From assembly GCF_965641715.1 (NCBI RefSeq), contig NZ_OZ282453.1: a stretch of 64,000 nt of DNA; one strand, written 5' to 3'. The stretch is from Escherichia coli. GTDB lineage: Bacteria; Pseudomonadota; Gammaproteobacteria; Enterobacterales; Enterobacteriaceae. Shown in pieces: positions 9,463-21,339 of the stretch (position 1 is its first letter; every line of letters starts with the position of its first letter). A program made the translations under genes and the position numbers. Under the pieces are notes generated by a model. The model was not told the origin of the DNA, made no database searches, and saw nothing but the letters and a program-made list of their open reading frames with translations.

Positions 9463-11376
9463 TTACTTACGACCTGCCAGCAGTTCCAGCACTTCATCCA
9501 CACTGGTGGTGTGTGCCAGACGCTCGATGACAGACTCATCATCCAGTGCGTTGGTCAGGCTGGTGATAACCTGAATGTGCTCGTTGTTACGGGCTGCAAT
9601 ACCAATCACCAGACGGGCAATGTCATCTTCTTCTTCGCCGAAGCGCACGCCTTCCGGGTACTGGCAGAACACGACGCCAGTTTTCAGTACGCGATCTTTC
9701 GCTTCAACCGTACCGTGCGGCACTGCGATAGACTCACCCAGATAAGTCGGGGTCAGTTTTTCACGATCCAACATCGCCTGAACGTACTCCGGCTCAACGT
9801 AACCACCTTTCACCAGCTGCTCGCCAGCAAAACGAATCGCTTCTTCTTTGGTGGCAGCTTTGCGACCGAGGAAGATGTTCTCCGCGCCCAGTTTGAACAG
9901 GTTAGCACTGGAATCGTCAAAGCTGTCTTTCAGACTGTCTTTCACTTTCACTTCGTTTTCAGTATGGCGCTGGGCAGCAACCAGACGTTCGGTCAGGCTG
10001 GTGTACAGGCCGCTGTCGAGGAAGTTGGTCAGCGAAATATGCTGTGCCTGCGGAACCTGGCGCATAGCGCGTTCGGTCAGGTCACGGTGAGTGATGACGA
10101 GGTCCACATCTGGCGGCAGGTTGTTGATCGCGCTGTTAGTGACCGAAATCTGCGACAGACCTGCATCCTGAATTTTCTTACGCAGCACGCCTGCGCCCAT
10201 CGCACTTGAACCCATACCGGCGTCACAGGCAACGATGATTTTACGTACGTGGCTCAGGTCGTTAGTCACATCGCCCGCAGACAGCGGAGATGCACCTTTA
10301 GACTCAGCTTTCATGTCCTGCATACGACGAGTTGCTGCTTCAATATCATCTTCTTCTTTCACTTTGCTGGTTTTCAGCAAAATAGCAGAGACAACAAAGG
10401 AGACAGCCATCGCCGCACACACACCCGCGATGTTAGCGAAATAAGCACCTTTTGGTGTCATCGCCAGTACAGCAAGGATAGAACCCGGAGATGCCGGAGA
10501 AACCAGACCACCGCCCAGGATAGTCAGCGTGAACACGCCAGTCATACCGCCGAGGATAACGGCCAGGATCAGACGCGGATTCATCAACACATACGGGAAG
10601 TAAATTTCGTGGATACCACCCAGGAAGTGGATAATTGCCGCACCGCCCGCAGACTGTTTAGCGCTACCACGACCAAAGAACATGTACGCCAGCAGCACGC
10701 CCATACCCGGACCTGGGTTAGCTTCAATCAGGAAGAATATGGATTTACCCAGTTCATGGGACTGCTGAATACCCAGCGGCGAGAAGATACCGTGGTTAAT
10801 GGCGTTGTTGAGGAACAGGATTTTCGCCGGTTCAACAAAGATAGACGCCAGCGGCAGCATGTCATGGACAACCATGAAGTTAACGCCCGCAGCCAGCATT
10901 TTGGACAGGGCTTCAACAATCGGGCCAATGCCGAGAAATGCCAGAATGGCGAGGATCATCCCGATGATGCCTGCGGAGAAGTTATTCACCAGCATCTCAA
11001 AACCGGATTTGATCTTACCGTCTACCCAGCGGTCGAAGTGCTTAATGCACCAGCCGCCCAGCGGACCTGCAATCATAGAACCGAGGAACATCGGCATGTC
11101 TGCGCCGACGATAACGCCCATGGTGGTGATGGCACCGACTACGCCGCCACGTTCGCCGCCTACCAGCTTACCACCGGTATAACCGATCAGCAGCGGCAGG
11201 AGATAAGTGATCATCGGCCCGACCAGCTTCGCCAGCGTCTCGTTCGGTAACCACCCTGTTGGAATAAATAACGCGGTGATGATACCCCACGCGATAAACG
11301 CGCCGATATTTGGCATCACCATGTTGCTGAGGAAACGACCAAAGCTTTGCACTTTGATCTTAATATCGGATGACAT
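9463..11376 (-). CDS. mtlA: Mannitol-specific PTS enzyme IICBA, 637 aa
   Basis: Full-length match in size and sequence to MtlA ([25 protein letters not shown]...). Confidence 0.95.
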   Translation of the reverse strand: MSSDIKIKVQSFGRFLSNMVMPNIGAFIAWGIITALFIPTGWLPNETLAKLVGPMITYLLPLLIGYTGGKLVGGERGGVVGAITTMGVIVGADMPMFLGSMIAGPLGGWCIKHFDRWVDGKIKSGFEMLVNNFSAGIIGMILAILAFLGIGPIVEALSKMLAAGVNFMVVHDMLPLASIFVEPAKILFLNNAINHGIFSPLGIQQSHELGKSIFFLIEANPGPGMGVLLAYMFFGRGSAKQSAGGAAIIHFLGGIHEIYFPYVLMNPRLILAVILGGMTGVFTLTILGGGLVSPASPGSILAVLAMTPKGAYFANIAGVCAAMAVSFVVSAILLKTSKVKEEDDIEAATRRMQDMKAESKGASPLSAGDVTNDLSHVRKIIVACDAGMGSSAMGAGVLRKKIQDAGLSQISVTNSAINNLPPDVDLVITHRDLTERAMRQVPQAQHISLTNFLDSGLYTSLTERLVAAQRHTENEVKVKDSLKDSFDDSSANLFKLGAENIFLGRKAATKEEAIRFAGEQLVKGGYVEPEYVQAMLDREKLTPTYLGESIAVPHGTVEAKDRVLKTGVVFCQYPEGVRFGEEEDDIARLVIGIAARNNEHIQVITSLTNALDDESVIERLAHTTSVDEVLELLAGRK

Positions 11377-11912
11377 AAAAACACCCCTTCTTATGTTTGC
11401 TGTCGCGCAGGCTGGAAGCCCGAGGTTTTTTGTTAATGTGGCGGCAGAGGTAGCCGGACCTTGTAGATACTGCGAAATCTGGCACTGAATCGGTTAACTG
11501 TCCAGTCGACGGCCTTTTGTGTGATATCAATCACATAAATATAGGGGGTAGAGAGGTAATTGACGTGACGTTCATCACAAAACGCTTGTGTAAAAAAGCA
11601 ACAAGGCGGCGATTTTCGCTAAAAATGGCATTTAAATGTGAGTAGTGTCACATTTTTGTTTTGATGGTTTGTTGAATCTTTGTGATCTGAATCACAAGAT
11701 ATTTTCTTACGGCGTTCACCTGATGTGATCTACAGCATGTTATGCCTTCGTCATACAATCGTTATGTAACTAAGCAACTCATCACCTCTAAAAATTATTC
11801 TTTGGTGTTATGGCGAGAATCGCGAACCCGGATTATTGTCAAAATATCAGCCTGACTCCCTTCTGGCTGCCAGCCAAAAAACAACACTGATAAACGTGAA
11901 TCCGAGGCAAAT
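11377..11912. promoter_or_regulatory. mtl operon regulatory region, divergent from yibI, with multiple CRP sites
   Basis: Perfect CRP consensus TGTGA-N6-TCACA at 11520-11535 (tgtgatatcaatcaca) and 11681-11696 (tgtgatctgaatcaca), plus a half-site-rich element at 11565-11579; the mtl promoter is known to carry several CRP sites. Confidence 0.7.
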
Positions 11913-12275
11913 ATGTTTCTAAACTATTTCGCGTTGGGAGTGCTGATCTTCGTCTTTCTGGTGATTTTTTATGGAATCATCGCGATACATGACATCCCTT
12001 ATTTGATTGCCAAAAAGCGCAACCATCCCCATGCCGACGCTATTCATACGGCGGGCTGGGTGAGCCTGTTTACTCTGCATGTTATCTGGCCGTTTCTGTG
12101 GATCTGGGCGACGCTCTATCAACCGGAGCGCGGCTGGGGCATGCAGTCACATGTTGCGTCGCAGGAGAAAGTGACTGACCCGGAAATCGCCGCACTTTCT
12201 GACCGAATTTCCCGGCTGGAGCACCAACTCGCCGCCGAGAAAAAGACTGACTATTCCACGTTCCCGGAGATCTAA
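11913..12275 (+). CDS. yibI: DUF3302-type small membrane protein YibI, 120 aa
   Basis: N-terminal transmembrane helix and conserved [20 protein letters not shown] motif; paralogue of yiaW at 21011. Confidence 0.85.
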   Translation: MFLNYFALGVLIFVFLVIFYGIIAIHDIPYLIAKKRNHPHADAIHTAGWVSLFTLHVIWPFLWIWATLYQPERGWGMQSHVASQEKVTDPEIAALSDRISRLEHQLAAEKKTDYSTFPEI

Positions 12276-12277
12276 TT

Positions 12278-13414
12278 ATGGATCTATTGATTGTTTTAAC
12301 TTACGTGGCGCTGGCGTGGGCGGTCTTTAAAATCTTTCGTATTCCGGTGAATCAATGGACGCTGGCGACGGCGGCGCTGGGAGGCGTGTTTCTGGTGAGT
12401 GGTTTGATTTTGTTGATGAACTACAACCACCCTTACACTTTTACCGCGCAAAAGGCTGTGATAGCGATCCCCATCACGCCACAGGTGACGGGAATTGTTA
12501 CTGAAGTCACTGACAAGAATAATCAGCTTATTCAAAAGGGCGAGGTGCTTTTTAAGCTCGACCCGGTTCGTTACCAGGCGCGAGTTGACAGACTTCAGGC
12601 TGACCTGATGACGGCGACGCATAATATAAAGACGCTGCGCGCGCAGCTCACTGAAGCGCAGGCCAACACCACCCAGGTTTCAGCGGAGCGCGACCGTCTG
12701 TTTAAAAATTATCAACGTTATCTGAAAGGCAGCCAGGCGGCGGTGAATCCGTTCTCGGAACGTGACATCGACGATGCGCGGCAAAATTTCCTCGCGCAGG
12801 ATGCGCTGGTGAAAGGCTCGGTGGCGGAGCAGGCGCAGATCCAGAGCCAGCTCGACAGTATGGTCAACGGCGAGCAATCGCAGATTGTGAGCTTAAGAGC
12901 GCAACTTACTGAAGCAAAATATAATCTTGAGCAGACTGTCATTCGCGCACCAAGCAATGGCTACGTCACTCAGGTACTGATCCGCCCAGGCACATACGCA
13001 GCTGCCTTGCCGTTGCGTCCGGTGATGGTTTTCATCCCCGAGCAAAAACGGCAAATTGTCGCCCAATTTCGGCAAAACTCGCTGTTACGTCTGAAACCTG
13101 GTGATGATGCGGAAGTGGTGTTTAACGCGCTACCTGGGCAGGTGTTCCACGGCAAACTGACCAGTATTTTACCTGTCGTGCCAGGCGGTTCTTATCAGGC
13201 GCAGGGGGTATTGCAATCATTAACGGTCGTGCCCGGCACGGACGGTGTGCTGGGAACCATTGAACTGGACCCTAACGATGATATCGATGCCTTACCCGAC
13301 GGCATTTACGCCCAGGTGGCAGTTTACTCCGACCATTTCAGCCATGTTTCGGTGATGCGGAAAGTGCTGCTAAGAATGACCAGCTGGATGCATTATCTTT
13401 ATTTGGATCATTGA
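12278..13414 (+). CDS. yibH: HlyD-family membrane-fusion-like protein YibH, 378 aa
   Basis: N-terminal transmembrane helix, long coiled-coil, C-terminal beta domain; 2 bp downstream of yibI; paralogue of yiaV. Confidence 0.85.
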   Translation: MDLLIVLTYVALAWAVFKIFRIPVNQWTLATAALGGVFLVSGLILLMNYNHPYTFTAQKAVIAIPITPQVTGIVTEVTDKNNQLIQKGEVLFKLDPVRYQARVDRLQADLMTATHNIKTLRAQLTEAQANTTQVSAERDRLFKNYQRYLKGSQAAVNPFSERDIDDARQNFLAQDALVKGSVAEQAQIQSQLDSMVNGEQSQIVSLRAQLTEAKYNLEQTVIRAPSNGYVTQVLIRPGTYAAALPLRPVMVFIPEQKRQIVAQFRQNSLLRLKPGDDAEVVFNALPGQVFHGKLTSILPVVPGGSYQAQGVLQSLTVVPGTDGVLGTIELDPNDDIDALPDGIYAQVAVYSDHFSHVSVMRKVLLRMTSWMHYLYLDH

Positions 13415-13484
13415 GACTTATATCACCTGTGTTTTGCGTGAGCCTGAGCCATACTGATATTTTTCCTCGCACAAAGGACTCGGC

Positions 13485-14093
13485 ATGAAACTCGTCGGTA
13501 GCTACACCAGCCCGTTTGTACGCAAACTTTCTATTCTGTTGTTAGAAAAGGGCATAACTTTCGAATTTATTAATGAACTGCCCTATAACGCGGACAACGG
13601 CGTGGCGCAATTTAACCCGTTAGGAAAAGTGCCGGTGCTGGTGACCGAAGAGGGCGAATGCTGGTTTGATTCGCCGATCATCGCTGAATATATTGAATTA
13701 ATGAATGTCGCTCCGGCGATGTTGCCGCGCGATCCGCTGGAGTCGTTGCGGGTGCGCAAAATTGAGGCACTGGCGGATGGCATTATGGATGCCGGGCTGG
13801 TATCGGTGCGTGAACAGGCGCGTCCAGCGGCGCAGCAGTCTGAAGATGAATTGTTACGCCAGCGGGAGAAAATCAACCGTAGTCTGGATGTGCTGGAAGG
13901 ATATCTGGTCGATGGCACACTTAAAACCGATACGGTCAATCTGGCGACGATCGCCATTGCCTGTGCCGTCGGATATCTCAATTTCCGCCGCGTTGCGCCA
14001 GGCTGGTGTGTCGACCGCCCACACTTAGTCAAACTGGTCGAAAACCTGTTTAGCCGCGAAAGTTTTGCTCGCACCGAACCGCCAAAGGCTTGA
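13485..14093 (+). CDS. yibF: Glutathione S-transferase-like protein YibF, 202 aa
   Basis: Thioredoxin-like GST N-terminal signature ([28 protein letters not shown]); position upstream of selA. Confidence 0.88.
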
Positions 14094-14190
14094 TGCGCGA
14101 TATGTCCTCCTGACCCATCTCACGTTACAATCCGTGGTTATGTTAAACGCCCTTCTCCGTGTGAGAGGGCCTTGATCAGCCAGGTTTCCT

Positions 14191-15582
14191 ATGACAACCG
14201 AAACGCGTTCCCTCTATAGTCAACTTCCGGCTATTGATCGCTTATTGCGCGATAGCTCCTTCCTTTCTTTGCGTGATACTTATGGTCACACCCGCGTGGT
14301 GGAATTGCTGCGTCAGATGCTTGACGAAGCGCGAGAAGTGATTCGTGACAGCCAGACGCTTCCCACGTGGTGTGAAAACTGGGCGCAAGAAGTCGATGCC
14401 CGGTTGACGAAAGAGGCGCAGAGCGCGCTGCGTCCGGTGATAAACCTGACGGGAACCGTGCTGCATACCAATCTTGGGCGAGCTTTACAGGCGGAAGCTG
14501 CGGTGGAAGCCGTTGCGCAGGCTATGCGTTCGCCAGTGACCCTCGAGTACGATTTGGACGACGCCGGACGCGGACATCGCGATCGGGCGCTGGCGCAGCT
14601 GCTGTGCCGCATTACCGGCGCGGAAGATGCCTGTATCGTTAATAACAATGCGGCGGCGGTGTTATTGATGTTGGCGGCCACTGCCAGCGGGAAAGAGGTG
14701 GTGGTTTCTCGCGGCGAATTGGTGGAGATTGGCGGCGCGTTTCGTATTCCCGATGTTATGCGTCAGGCAGGCTGCACACTATACGAAGTAGGGACCACCA
14801 ACCGCACGCACGCGAATGATTATCGTCAGGCGGTGAATGAAAATACCGCACTGTTGATGAAAGTACATACCAGTAACTACAGCATTCAGGGGTTCACCAA
14901 AGCGATAGACGAAGCTGAACTGGTGGCGCTCGGCAAAGAGCTGGATGTTCCAGTGGTGACTGATTTAGGCAGTGGCTCGCTGGTCGATCTTAGCCAGTAC
15001 GGTTTGCCGAAAGAGCCAATGCCGCAGGAGTTGATTGCGGCGGGCGTCAGTCTGGTGAGCTTCTCCGGCGACAAGTTGTTAGGCGGGCCGCAGGCAGGGA
15101 TTATCGTTGGTAAAAAAGAGATGATCGCCCGCCTGCAAAGCCACCCGCTGAAGCGTGCATTACGCGCGGATAAAATGACCCTCGCGGCGTTGGAAGCCAC
15201 GTTGCGTCTTTATTTACACCCTGAAGCTCTGAGTGAAAAATTACCGACCCTGCGCCTGCTTACCCGCAGCGCAGAGGTCATTCAAATCCAGGCACAACGT
15301 TTACAGGCTCCCCTTGCCGCACATTACGGCGCGGAGTTTGCGGTACAGGTTATGCCATGTCTTTCGCAGATTGGCAGTGGTTCGCTGCCGGTTGATCGCC
15401 TGCCGAGCGCGGCATTAACGTTTACACCCCATGATGGACGCGGTAGCCACCTTGAGTCATTAGCCGCCCGCTGGCGTGAATTGCCAGTGCCGGTGATTGG
15501 TCGTATTTATGACGGACGATTGTGGCTGGATTTACGCTGCCTTGAAGATGAGCAACGGTTTTTGGAGATGTTGTTGAAATGA
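14191..15582 (+). CDS. selA: L-seryl-tRNA(Sec) selenium transferase, 463 aa
   Basis: Length and sequence match; stop overlaps the selB start (ATGA at 15579-15582). Confidence 0.95.
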   Translation: MTTETRSLYSQLPAIDRLLRDSSFLSLRDTYGHTRVVELLRQMLDEAREVIRDSQTLPTWCENWAQEVDARLTKEAQSALRPVINLTGTVLHTNLGRALQAEAAVEAVAQAMRSPVTLEYDLDDAGRGHRDRALAQLLCRITGAEDACIVNNNAAAVLLMLAATASGKEVVVSRGELVEIGGAFRIPDVMRQAGCTLYEVGTTNRTHANDYRQAVNENTALLMKVHTSNYSIQGFTKAIDEAELVALGKELDVPVVTDLGSGSLVDLSQYGLPKEPMPQELIAAGVSLVSFSGDKLLGGPQAGIIVGKKEMIARLQSHPLKRALRADKMTLAALEATLRLYLHPEALSEKLPTLRLLTRSAEVIQIQAQRLQAPLAAHYGAEFAVQVMPCLSQIGSGSLPVDRLPSAALTFTPHDGRGSHLESLAARWRELPVPVIGRIYDGRLWLDLRCLEDEQRFLEMLLK

Positions 15583-17423
15583 TTATTGCGACTGCCGGAC
15601 ACGTTGACCACGGCAAAACAACCTTATTGCAGGCGATTACTGGCGTAAATGCCGATCGTCTGCCGGAAGAAAAAAAGCGCGGCATGACTATCGATCTCGG
15701 CTATGCCTACTGGCCGCAGCCGGATGGCCGCGTGCCTGGTTTTATCGACGTACCCGGTCATGAAAAGTTTCTTTCCAACATGCTGGCGGGCGTTGGTGGT
15801 ATCGATCACGCGCTGTTGGTGGTGGCGTGCGATGACGGCGTGATGGCACAGACCCGTGAGCATCTGGCGATTTTGCAGCTGACCGGTAACCCGATGCTGA
15901 CAGTGGCGCTGACCAAAGCCGATCGCGTGGACGAAGCGCGTGTTAATGAGGTTGAACGCCAGGTAAAGGAGGTGCTGCGGGAATACGGTTTTGCTGAGGC
16001 AAAACTGTTTATCACCGCAGCAACCGAAGGTCGGGGAATTGATGCCCTGCGCGAGCATCTGCTTCAGTTACCAGAACGTGAACACGCCAGCCAACATAGT
16101 TTCCGCCTCGCGATCGACCGCGCATTTACCGTAAAAGGTGCCGGGCTGGTCGTCACCGGTACGGCGTTAAGCGGGGAAGTGAAGGTAGGCGATTCACTAT
16201 GGCTGACTGGTGTAAATAAACCGATGCGTGTACGTGCACTGCATGCACAAAACCAGCCAACAGAAACCGCTCATGCCGGCCAGCGTATCGCGCTTAACAT
16301 CGCGGGGGATGCGGAAAAAGAGCAGATTAACCGTGGCGACTGGCTGCTTGCCGATGTGCCGCCAGAGCCGTTCACGCGGGTGATTGTCGAGCTTCAAACC
16401 CATACGCCGCTGACCCAGTGGCAGCCGCTGCATATTCACCACGCCGCCAGCCACGTTACGGGACGCGTTTCGCTGCTGGAAGATAACCTTGCCGAGCTGG
16501 TGTTCGACACGCCGCTGTGGCTGGCGGATAACGATCGCTTAGTGTTGCGCGATATCTCGGCCCGCAATACGCTGGCGGGGGCGCGTGTGGTGATGCTTAA
16601 CCCGCCGCGTCGCGGTAAACGTAAGCCGGAATATCTGCAATGGCTGGCGTCTCTTGCACGGGCGCAGAGCGATGCCGATGCGTTATCTGTTCATCTGGAA
16701 CGCGGAGCGGTTAACCTTGCGGATTTCGCCTGGGCGCGCCAGCTCAACGGCGAAGGGATGCGCGAACTGCTGCAACAGCCTGGCTATATTCAGGCTGGTT
16801 ATAGCTTGTTGAATGCGCCGGTTGCCGCCCGCTGGCAGCGGAAAATTCTCGACACATTAGCGACTTATCATGAGCAACATCGCGATGAACCTGGTCCTGG
16901 GCGCGAGCGTCTGCGACGTATGGCGTTGCCAATGGAAGATGAAGCGCTGGTACTGTTGCTGATTGAAAAGATGCGCGAAAGCGGCGACATCCACAGCCAT
17001 CACGGCTGGTTGCATCTGCCAGATCACAAAGCGGGCTTCAGCGAAGAGCAGCAGGCCATCTGGCAAAAAGCAGAGCCGCTGTTTGGTGACGAGCCGTGGT
17101 GGGTGCGTGACCTGGCAAAAGAGACGGGAACCGACGAGCAGGCAATGCGTCTGACGCTACGCCAGGCGGCCCAACAGGGGATAATTACCGCGATCGTCAA
17201 AGATCGTTATTACCGTAACGATCGGATTGTCGAGTTTGCCAATATGATCCGCGATCTCGATCAGGAATGTGGTTCAACCTGCGCGGCGGATTTCCGCGAT
17301 CGCTTAGGGGTTGGGCGAAAACTGGCGATTCAAATCCTGGAATATTTTGACCGCATTGGCTTTACGCGTCGTCGTGGAAATGATCATTTATTGCGCGACG
17401 CATTATTATTTCCGGAAAAATAA
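15579..17423 (+). CDS. selB: Selenocysteine-specific translation elongation factor, 614 aa
   Basis: GTP-binding motif [11 protein letters not shown] at the N-terminus; length and position match. Confidence 0.95.
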   Translation: MIIATAGHVDHGKTTLLQAITGVNADRLPEEKKRGMTIDLGYAYWPQPDGRVPGFIDVPGHEKFLSNMLAGVGGIDHALLVVACDDGVMAQTREHLAILQLTGNPMLTVALTKADRVDEARVNEVERQVKEVLREYGFAEAKLFITAATEGRGIDALREHLLQLPEREHASQHSFRLAIDRAFTVKGAGLVVTGTALSGEVKVGDSLWLTGVNKPMRVRALHAQNQPTETAHAGQRIALNIAGDAEKEQINRGDWLLADVPPEPFTRVIVELQTHTPLTQWQPLHIHHAASHVTGRVSLLEDNLAELVFDTPLWLADNDRLVLRDISARNTLAGARVVMLNPPRRGKRKPEYLQWLASLARAQSDADALSVHLERGAVNLADFAWARQLNGEGMRELLQQPGYIQAGYSLLNAPVAARWQRKILDTLATYHEQHRDEPGPGRERLRRMALPMEDEALVLLLIEKMRESGDIHSHHGWLHLPDHKAGFSEEQQAIWQKAEPLFGDEPWWVRDLAKETGTDEQAMRLTLRQAAQQGIITAIVKDRYYRNDRIVEFANMIRDLDQECGSTCAADFRDRLGVGRKLAIQILEYFDRIGFTRRRGNDHLLRDALLFPEK

Positions 17424-17483
17424 GGAAATGATTAATTAAGTTTTAAAATAAATTAATACAAAATTCTTATGATTTTAAAAAAA

Positions 17484-17516
17484 GCACATTGTTTAATGAA
17501 TACAATGTGCTTTTTA
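17484..17516 (+). terminator. Rho-independent terminator downstream of selB
   Basis: Stem gcacattg / caatgtgc with an 11-nt loop followed by TTTTT. Confidence 0.7.
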
Positions 17517-17612
17517 TTAGATTAATTTTGCTAAACAATAATACTGATCATATTTTCGAATGAAAATCCTCAGTAAGCTGCCCGCCCTTTTTTACACTTT
17601 CAGGAGTGTGTT

Positions 17613-18764
17613 ATGGCAGCTTCAACCTTTTTTATTCCTTCTGTGAATGTCATCGGCGCTGACTCATTGGCTGATGCAATGAATATGATGGCAGAATATG
17701 GGTTTCGCCGTACATTGATTGTCACTGACAGTATGTTAACGAAATTAGGTATGGCGGGCGATGTGCAAAAAGCACTGGAAGAACGCAATATTTTTAGCAT
17801 TATTTATGATGGCACCCAACCTAACCCAACCACGGAAAACGTCGCCGCAGGTTTGAAATTACTTAAAGAAAATAATTGCGATAGCGTGATTTCCTTAGGC
17901 GGTGGTTCTCCGCATGACTGTGCAAAAGGTATTGCGCTGGTGGCAGCCAATGGTGGTGATATCCGTGATTATGAAGGCGTTGACCGCTCTGCAAAACCGC
18001 AGCTGCCGATGATCGCCATCAATACCACTGCGGGTACAGCATCAGAAATGACTCGTTTCTGCATCATCACCGACGAAGCGCGTCACATCAAAATGGCGAT
18101 TGTTGATAAGCACGTGACTCCGCTGCTTTCTGTCAATGACTCCTCTCTGATGATTGGTATGCCGAAGTCACTGACCGCCGCAACGGGTATGGATGCCTTA
18201 ACGCACGCTATCGAAGCGTATGTTTCTATTGCCGCCACGCCGATCACTGACGCTTGTGCACTGAAAGCCGTGACCATGATTGCCGAAAACCTGCCGTTAG
18301 CCGTTGAAGATGGCAGTAATGCGAAAGCGCGTGAAGCAATGGCTTATGCCCAGTTCCTCGCCGGTATGGCGTTCAATAATGCTTCTCTGGGTTATGTTCA
18401 TGCGATGGCGCACCAGCTGGGCGGTTTCTACAACCTGCCACACGGTGTATGTAACGCCGTTCTGCTGCCGCATGTTCAGGTATTCAACAGCAAAGTCGCC
18501 GCTGCACGTCTGCGTGACTGTGCCGCTGCAATGGGCGTGAACGTGACAGGTAAAAACGACGCGGAAGGTGCTGAAGCCTGCATTAACGCCATCCGTGAAC
18601 TGGCGAAGAAAGTGGATATCCCGGCAGGCCTACGCGACCTGAACGTGAAAGAAGAAGATTTCGCGGTTCTGGCGACTAATGCCCTGAAAGATGCCTGTGG
18701 CTTTACTAACCCGATCCAGGCAACTCACGAAGAAATTGTGGCGATTTATCGCGCAGCGATGTAA
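17613..18764 (+). CDS. yiaY: Fe-containing (group III) alcohol dehydrogenase YiaY, 383 aa
   Basis: Iron-ADH family sequence with GGGSPHD motif; K-12 position between selB and aldB. Confidence 0.9.
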   Translation: MAASTFFIPSVNVIGADSLADAMNMMAEYGFRRTLIVTDSMLTKLGMAGDVQKALEERNIFSIIYDGTQPNPTTENVAAGLKLLKENNCDSVISLGGGSPHDCAKGIALVAANGGDIRDYEGVDRSAKPQLPMIAINTTAGTASEMTRFCIITDEARHIKMAIVDKHVTPLLSVNDSSLMIGMPKSLTAATGMDALTHAIEAYVSIAATPITDACALKAVTMIAENLPLAVEDGSNAKAREAMAYAQFLAGMAFNNASLGYVHAMAHQLGGFYNLPHGVCNAVLLPHVQVFNSKVAAARLRDCAAAMGVNVTGKNDAEGAEACINAIRELAKKVDIPAGLRDLNVKEEDFAVLATNALKDACGFTNPIQATHEEIVAIYRAAM

Positions 18765-18928
18765 TCATCATTTCCACAACGGCTGGCAAATTGTCAGCCG
18801 CTTTTTCAACTATCTCTGTAACCCTTGCCCGTAAATTCGTGATAGCCGTCGAAAAGCTGTTACCGACTGGCGAAGATTTCGCCAGCCACGTCTACCCTTG
18901 TTATACCTCACACCGCAAGGAGACGATC

Positions 18929-20467
18929 ATGACCAATAATCCCCCTTCAGCACAGATTAAGCCCGGCGAGTATGGTTTCCCCCTCAAGTTAAAAAACCGC
19001 TATGACAACTTTATTGGCGGCGAATGGGTAGCCCCTGCCGATGGTGAGTATTACCAGAACCTGACGCCGGTGACCGGGCAGCTGCTGTGCGAAGTGGCGT
19101 CTTCGGGCAAACGAGACATCGATCTGGCGCTGGATGCTGCGCACAAAGTGAAAGATAAATGGGCGCACACCTCGGTGCAGGATCGCGCGGCGATTCTGTT
19201 TAAGATTGCCGATCGAATGGAACAAAACCTCGAGCTGTTAGCGACAGCTGAAACCTGGGATAACGGCAAACCCATTCGCGAAACCAGTGCTGCCGACGTG
19301 CCGCTGGCGATTGACCATTTCCGCTATTTTGCCTCGTGTATTCGGGCGCAGGAAGGCGGGATCAGTGAAGTTGATAGCGAAACCGTGGCCTATCATTTCC
19401 ATGAACCGTTAGGCGTGGTGGGGCAGATTATCCCGTGGAACTTCCCGCTGCTGATGGCGAGCTGGAAAATGGCTCCCGCGCTGGCGGCGGGCAACTGTGT
19501 GGTGCTGAAACCCGCACGTCTTACCCCGCTTTCTGTACTGCTGCTAATGGAAATTGTCGGTGATTTACTGCCGCCGGGCGTGGTGAACGTGGTCAATGGC
19601 GCAGGTGGGGAAATTGGCGAATATCTGGCGACCTCGAAACGCATCGCCAAAGTGGCGTTTACCGGCTCAACGGAAGTGGGCCAACAAATTATGCAATACG
19701 CAACGCAAAACATTATTCCGGTGACGCTGGAGCTGGGCGGTAAGTCGCCAAATATCTTCTTTGCTGATGTGATGGATGAAGAAGATGCCTTTTTCGATAA
19801 AGCGCTGGAAGGCTTTGCACTGTTTGCCTTTAACCAGGGCGAAGTTTGCACCTGTCCGAGTCGTGCCTTAGTGCAGGAGTCAATCTACGAACGCTTTATG
19901 GAACGCGCCATCCGCCGTGTCGAAAGCATTCGCAGCGGTAACCCACTCGACAGCGTGACGCAAATGGGGGCGCAGGTTTCTCACGGGCAACTGGAAACCA
20001 TCCTCAACTACATTGATATCGGTAAAAAAGAGGGCGCAGACGTGCTCACCGGCGGGCGGCGCAAGCTGCTGGAAGGCGAACTGAAAGACGGCTACTACCT
20101 TGAACCGACGATTCTGTTTGGTCAGAACAATATGCGGGTGTTCCAGGAAGAGATTTTTGGCCCGGTGCTGGCGGTGACCACCTTCAAAACGATGGAAGAA
20201 GCGCTGGAGCTGGCGAACGATACGCAATATGGCCTGGGCGCGGGCGTCTGGAGCCGCAACGGTAATCTTGCCTATAAGATGGGGCGCGGCATACAGGCAG
20301 GGCGCGTGTGGACCAACTGTTATCACGCTTACCCGGCACATGCGGCGTTTGGTGGCTACAAACAATCAGGCATTGGACGCGAAACCCACAAGATGATGCT
20401 GGAGCATTACCAGCAAACCAAGTGCCTGCTGGTGAGCTACTCAGATAAACCGTTGGGGCTGTTCTGA
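18929..20467 (+). CDS. aldB: Aldehyde dehydrogenase B, 512 aa
   Basis: ORF track frame begins at 18791; start refined to ATG 18929 ([17 protein letters not shown]) preceded by SD aaggagacg, giving the K-12 length. Confidence 0.93.
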   Translation: MTNNPPSAQIKPGEYGFPLKLKNRYDNFIGGEWVAPADGEYYQNLTPVTGQLLCEVASSGKRDIDLALDAAHKVKDKWAHTSVQDRAAILFKIADRMEQNLELLATAETWDNGKPIRETSAADVPLAIDHFRYFASCIRAQEGGISEVDSETVAYHFHEPLGVVGQIIPWNFPLLMASWKMAPALAAGNCVVLKPARLTPLSVLLLMEIVGDLLPPGVVNVVNGAGGEIGEYLATSKRIAKVAFTGSTEVGQQIMQYATQNIIPVTLELGGKSPNIFFADVMDEEDAFFDKALEGFALFAFNQGEVCTCPSRALVQESIYERFMERAIRRVESIRSGNPLDSVTQMGAQVSHGQLETILNYIDIGKKEGADVLTGGRRKLLEGELKDGYYLEPTILFGQNNMRVFQEEIFGPVLAVTTFKTMEEALELANDTQYGLGAGVWSRNGNLAYKMGRGIQAGRVWTNCYHAYPAHAAFGGYKQSGIGRETHKMMLEHYQQTKCLLVSYSDKPLGLF

Positions 20468-20494
20468 TATAAGAAGCTGGTCGCATTGGGTATT

Positions 20495-20582
20495 CATTGC
20501 CTGATGCGACGCTTACGCGTCTTATCATGCCTACGGGACCTGACCGTAGGCCGGATAAGGCGTACACGCCGCATCCGGCATA
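20495..20582. repeat. REP pair (BIME) downstream of aldB
   Basis: Units gcctgatgcgacgcttacgcgtcttatcatgcctac and gtaggccggataaggcgtacacgccgcatccggc. Confidence 0.65.
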
Positions 20583-21010
20583 AACAAAGCGCACGTTGTT
20601 ACAATTTACGTTTTAAACCTACGTGCGCAATAACCCAGACTACGCCAACAGAAGTGCGTTTCTGGGGCGTGTTTTGCCAGGAGTTTAATCTCGCGTTTCG
20701 ATGGTGAGCGGGCGAACCAGGCCATAAATCACCATTGGCGTTCCGAGGCCAATCAGCAATAAACGGTAGATAATTGAAGGTTTAATACGCTTAATCTGCA
20801 TTGTGGATGTTTTACTGAAGTTATTCATTAGTTTGGCTGATAGTTCCATTATTTCAATATGATAAGCCTCGACCTGTTAAAAAGCCAGGCAGCACACTTC
20901 AGGAAGTATATAAAAAACAATATGTCGTTATATAAATAAGGAAATTGCACTGCATCATGGCATTTAATAATATGCGTTAATTGTTCATTTTTATATTCTC
21001 TGAGGGAAAT

Positions 21011-21334
21011 ATGTTCCTGGATTATTTTGCACTGGGAGTGCTTATTTTTGTATTTCTGGTGATATTCTATGGGATTATTATTTTACATGATATTCCCTAC
21101 CTGATTGCTAAAAAACGTAATCATCCTCATGCCGACGCCATTCATGTTGCTGGTTGGGTGAGTCTTTTTACGCTGCATGTTATCTGGCCATTTTTGTGGA
21201 TTTGGGCCACGCTTTACCGCCCGGAGCGGGGATGGGGAATGCAAAACCATGATTCATCCGTTATGCAACTGCAACAGCGCATTGCCGGGCTGGAGAAACA
21301 GCTCGCCGACATCAAATCCTCTTCTGCCGAGTAA
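21011..21334 (+). CDS. yiaW: DUF3302-type small membrane protein YiaW, 107 aa
   Basis: ORF track starts at a TTG (20981); ATG at 21011 gives [23 protein letters not shown]..., nearly identical at the N-terminus to YibI. Confidence 0.85.
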   Translation: MFLDYFALGVLIFVFLVIFYGIIILHDIPYLIAKKRNHPHADAIHVAGWVSLFTLHVIWPFLWIWATLYRPERGWGMQNHDSSVMQLQQRIAGLEKQLADIKSSSAE

Positions 21335-21339
21335 TACTT

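Noticed and set aside
8085-9542. 485-aa ORF-track frame for mtlD (and similar long frames for aldB, avtA, xylF, xylA, sgbU, yiaF, ghrB, yiaW)
   Set aside because: The N-terminal extensions are in-frame read-through of upstream intergenic or REP sequence; internal start codons with SD sequences reproduce the expected protein lengths, so the longer frames were not used.
10249-11250. 333-aa plus-strand ORF
   Set aside because: Antisense to mtlA, which is confidently full-length; Arg/His/Gln-rich composition with no recognisable domain.
20591-20630. Inverted repeat gcgcacgt...acgtgcgc after the aldB REP cluster
   Set aside because: Loop of about 24 nt and no following T-run; not convincing as a terminator or operator.
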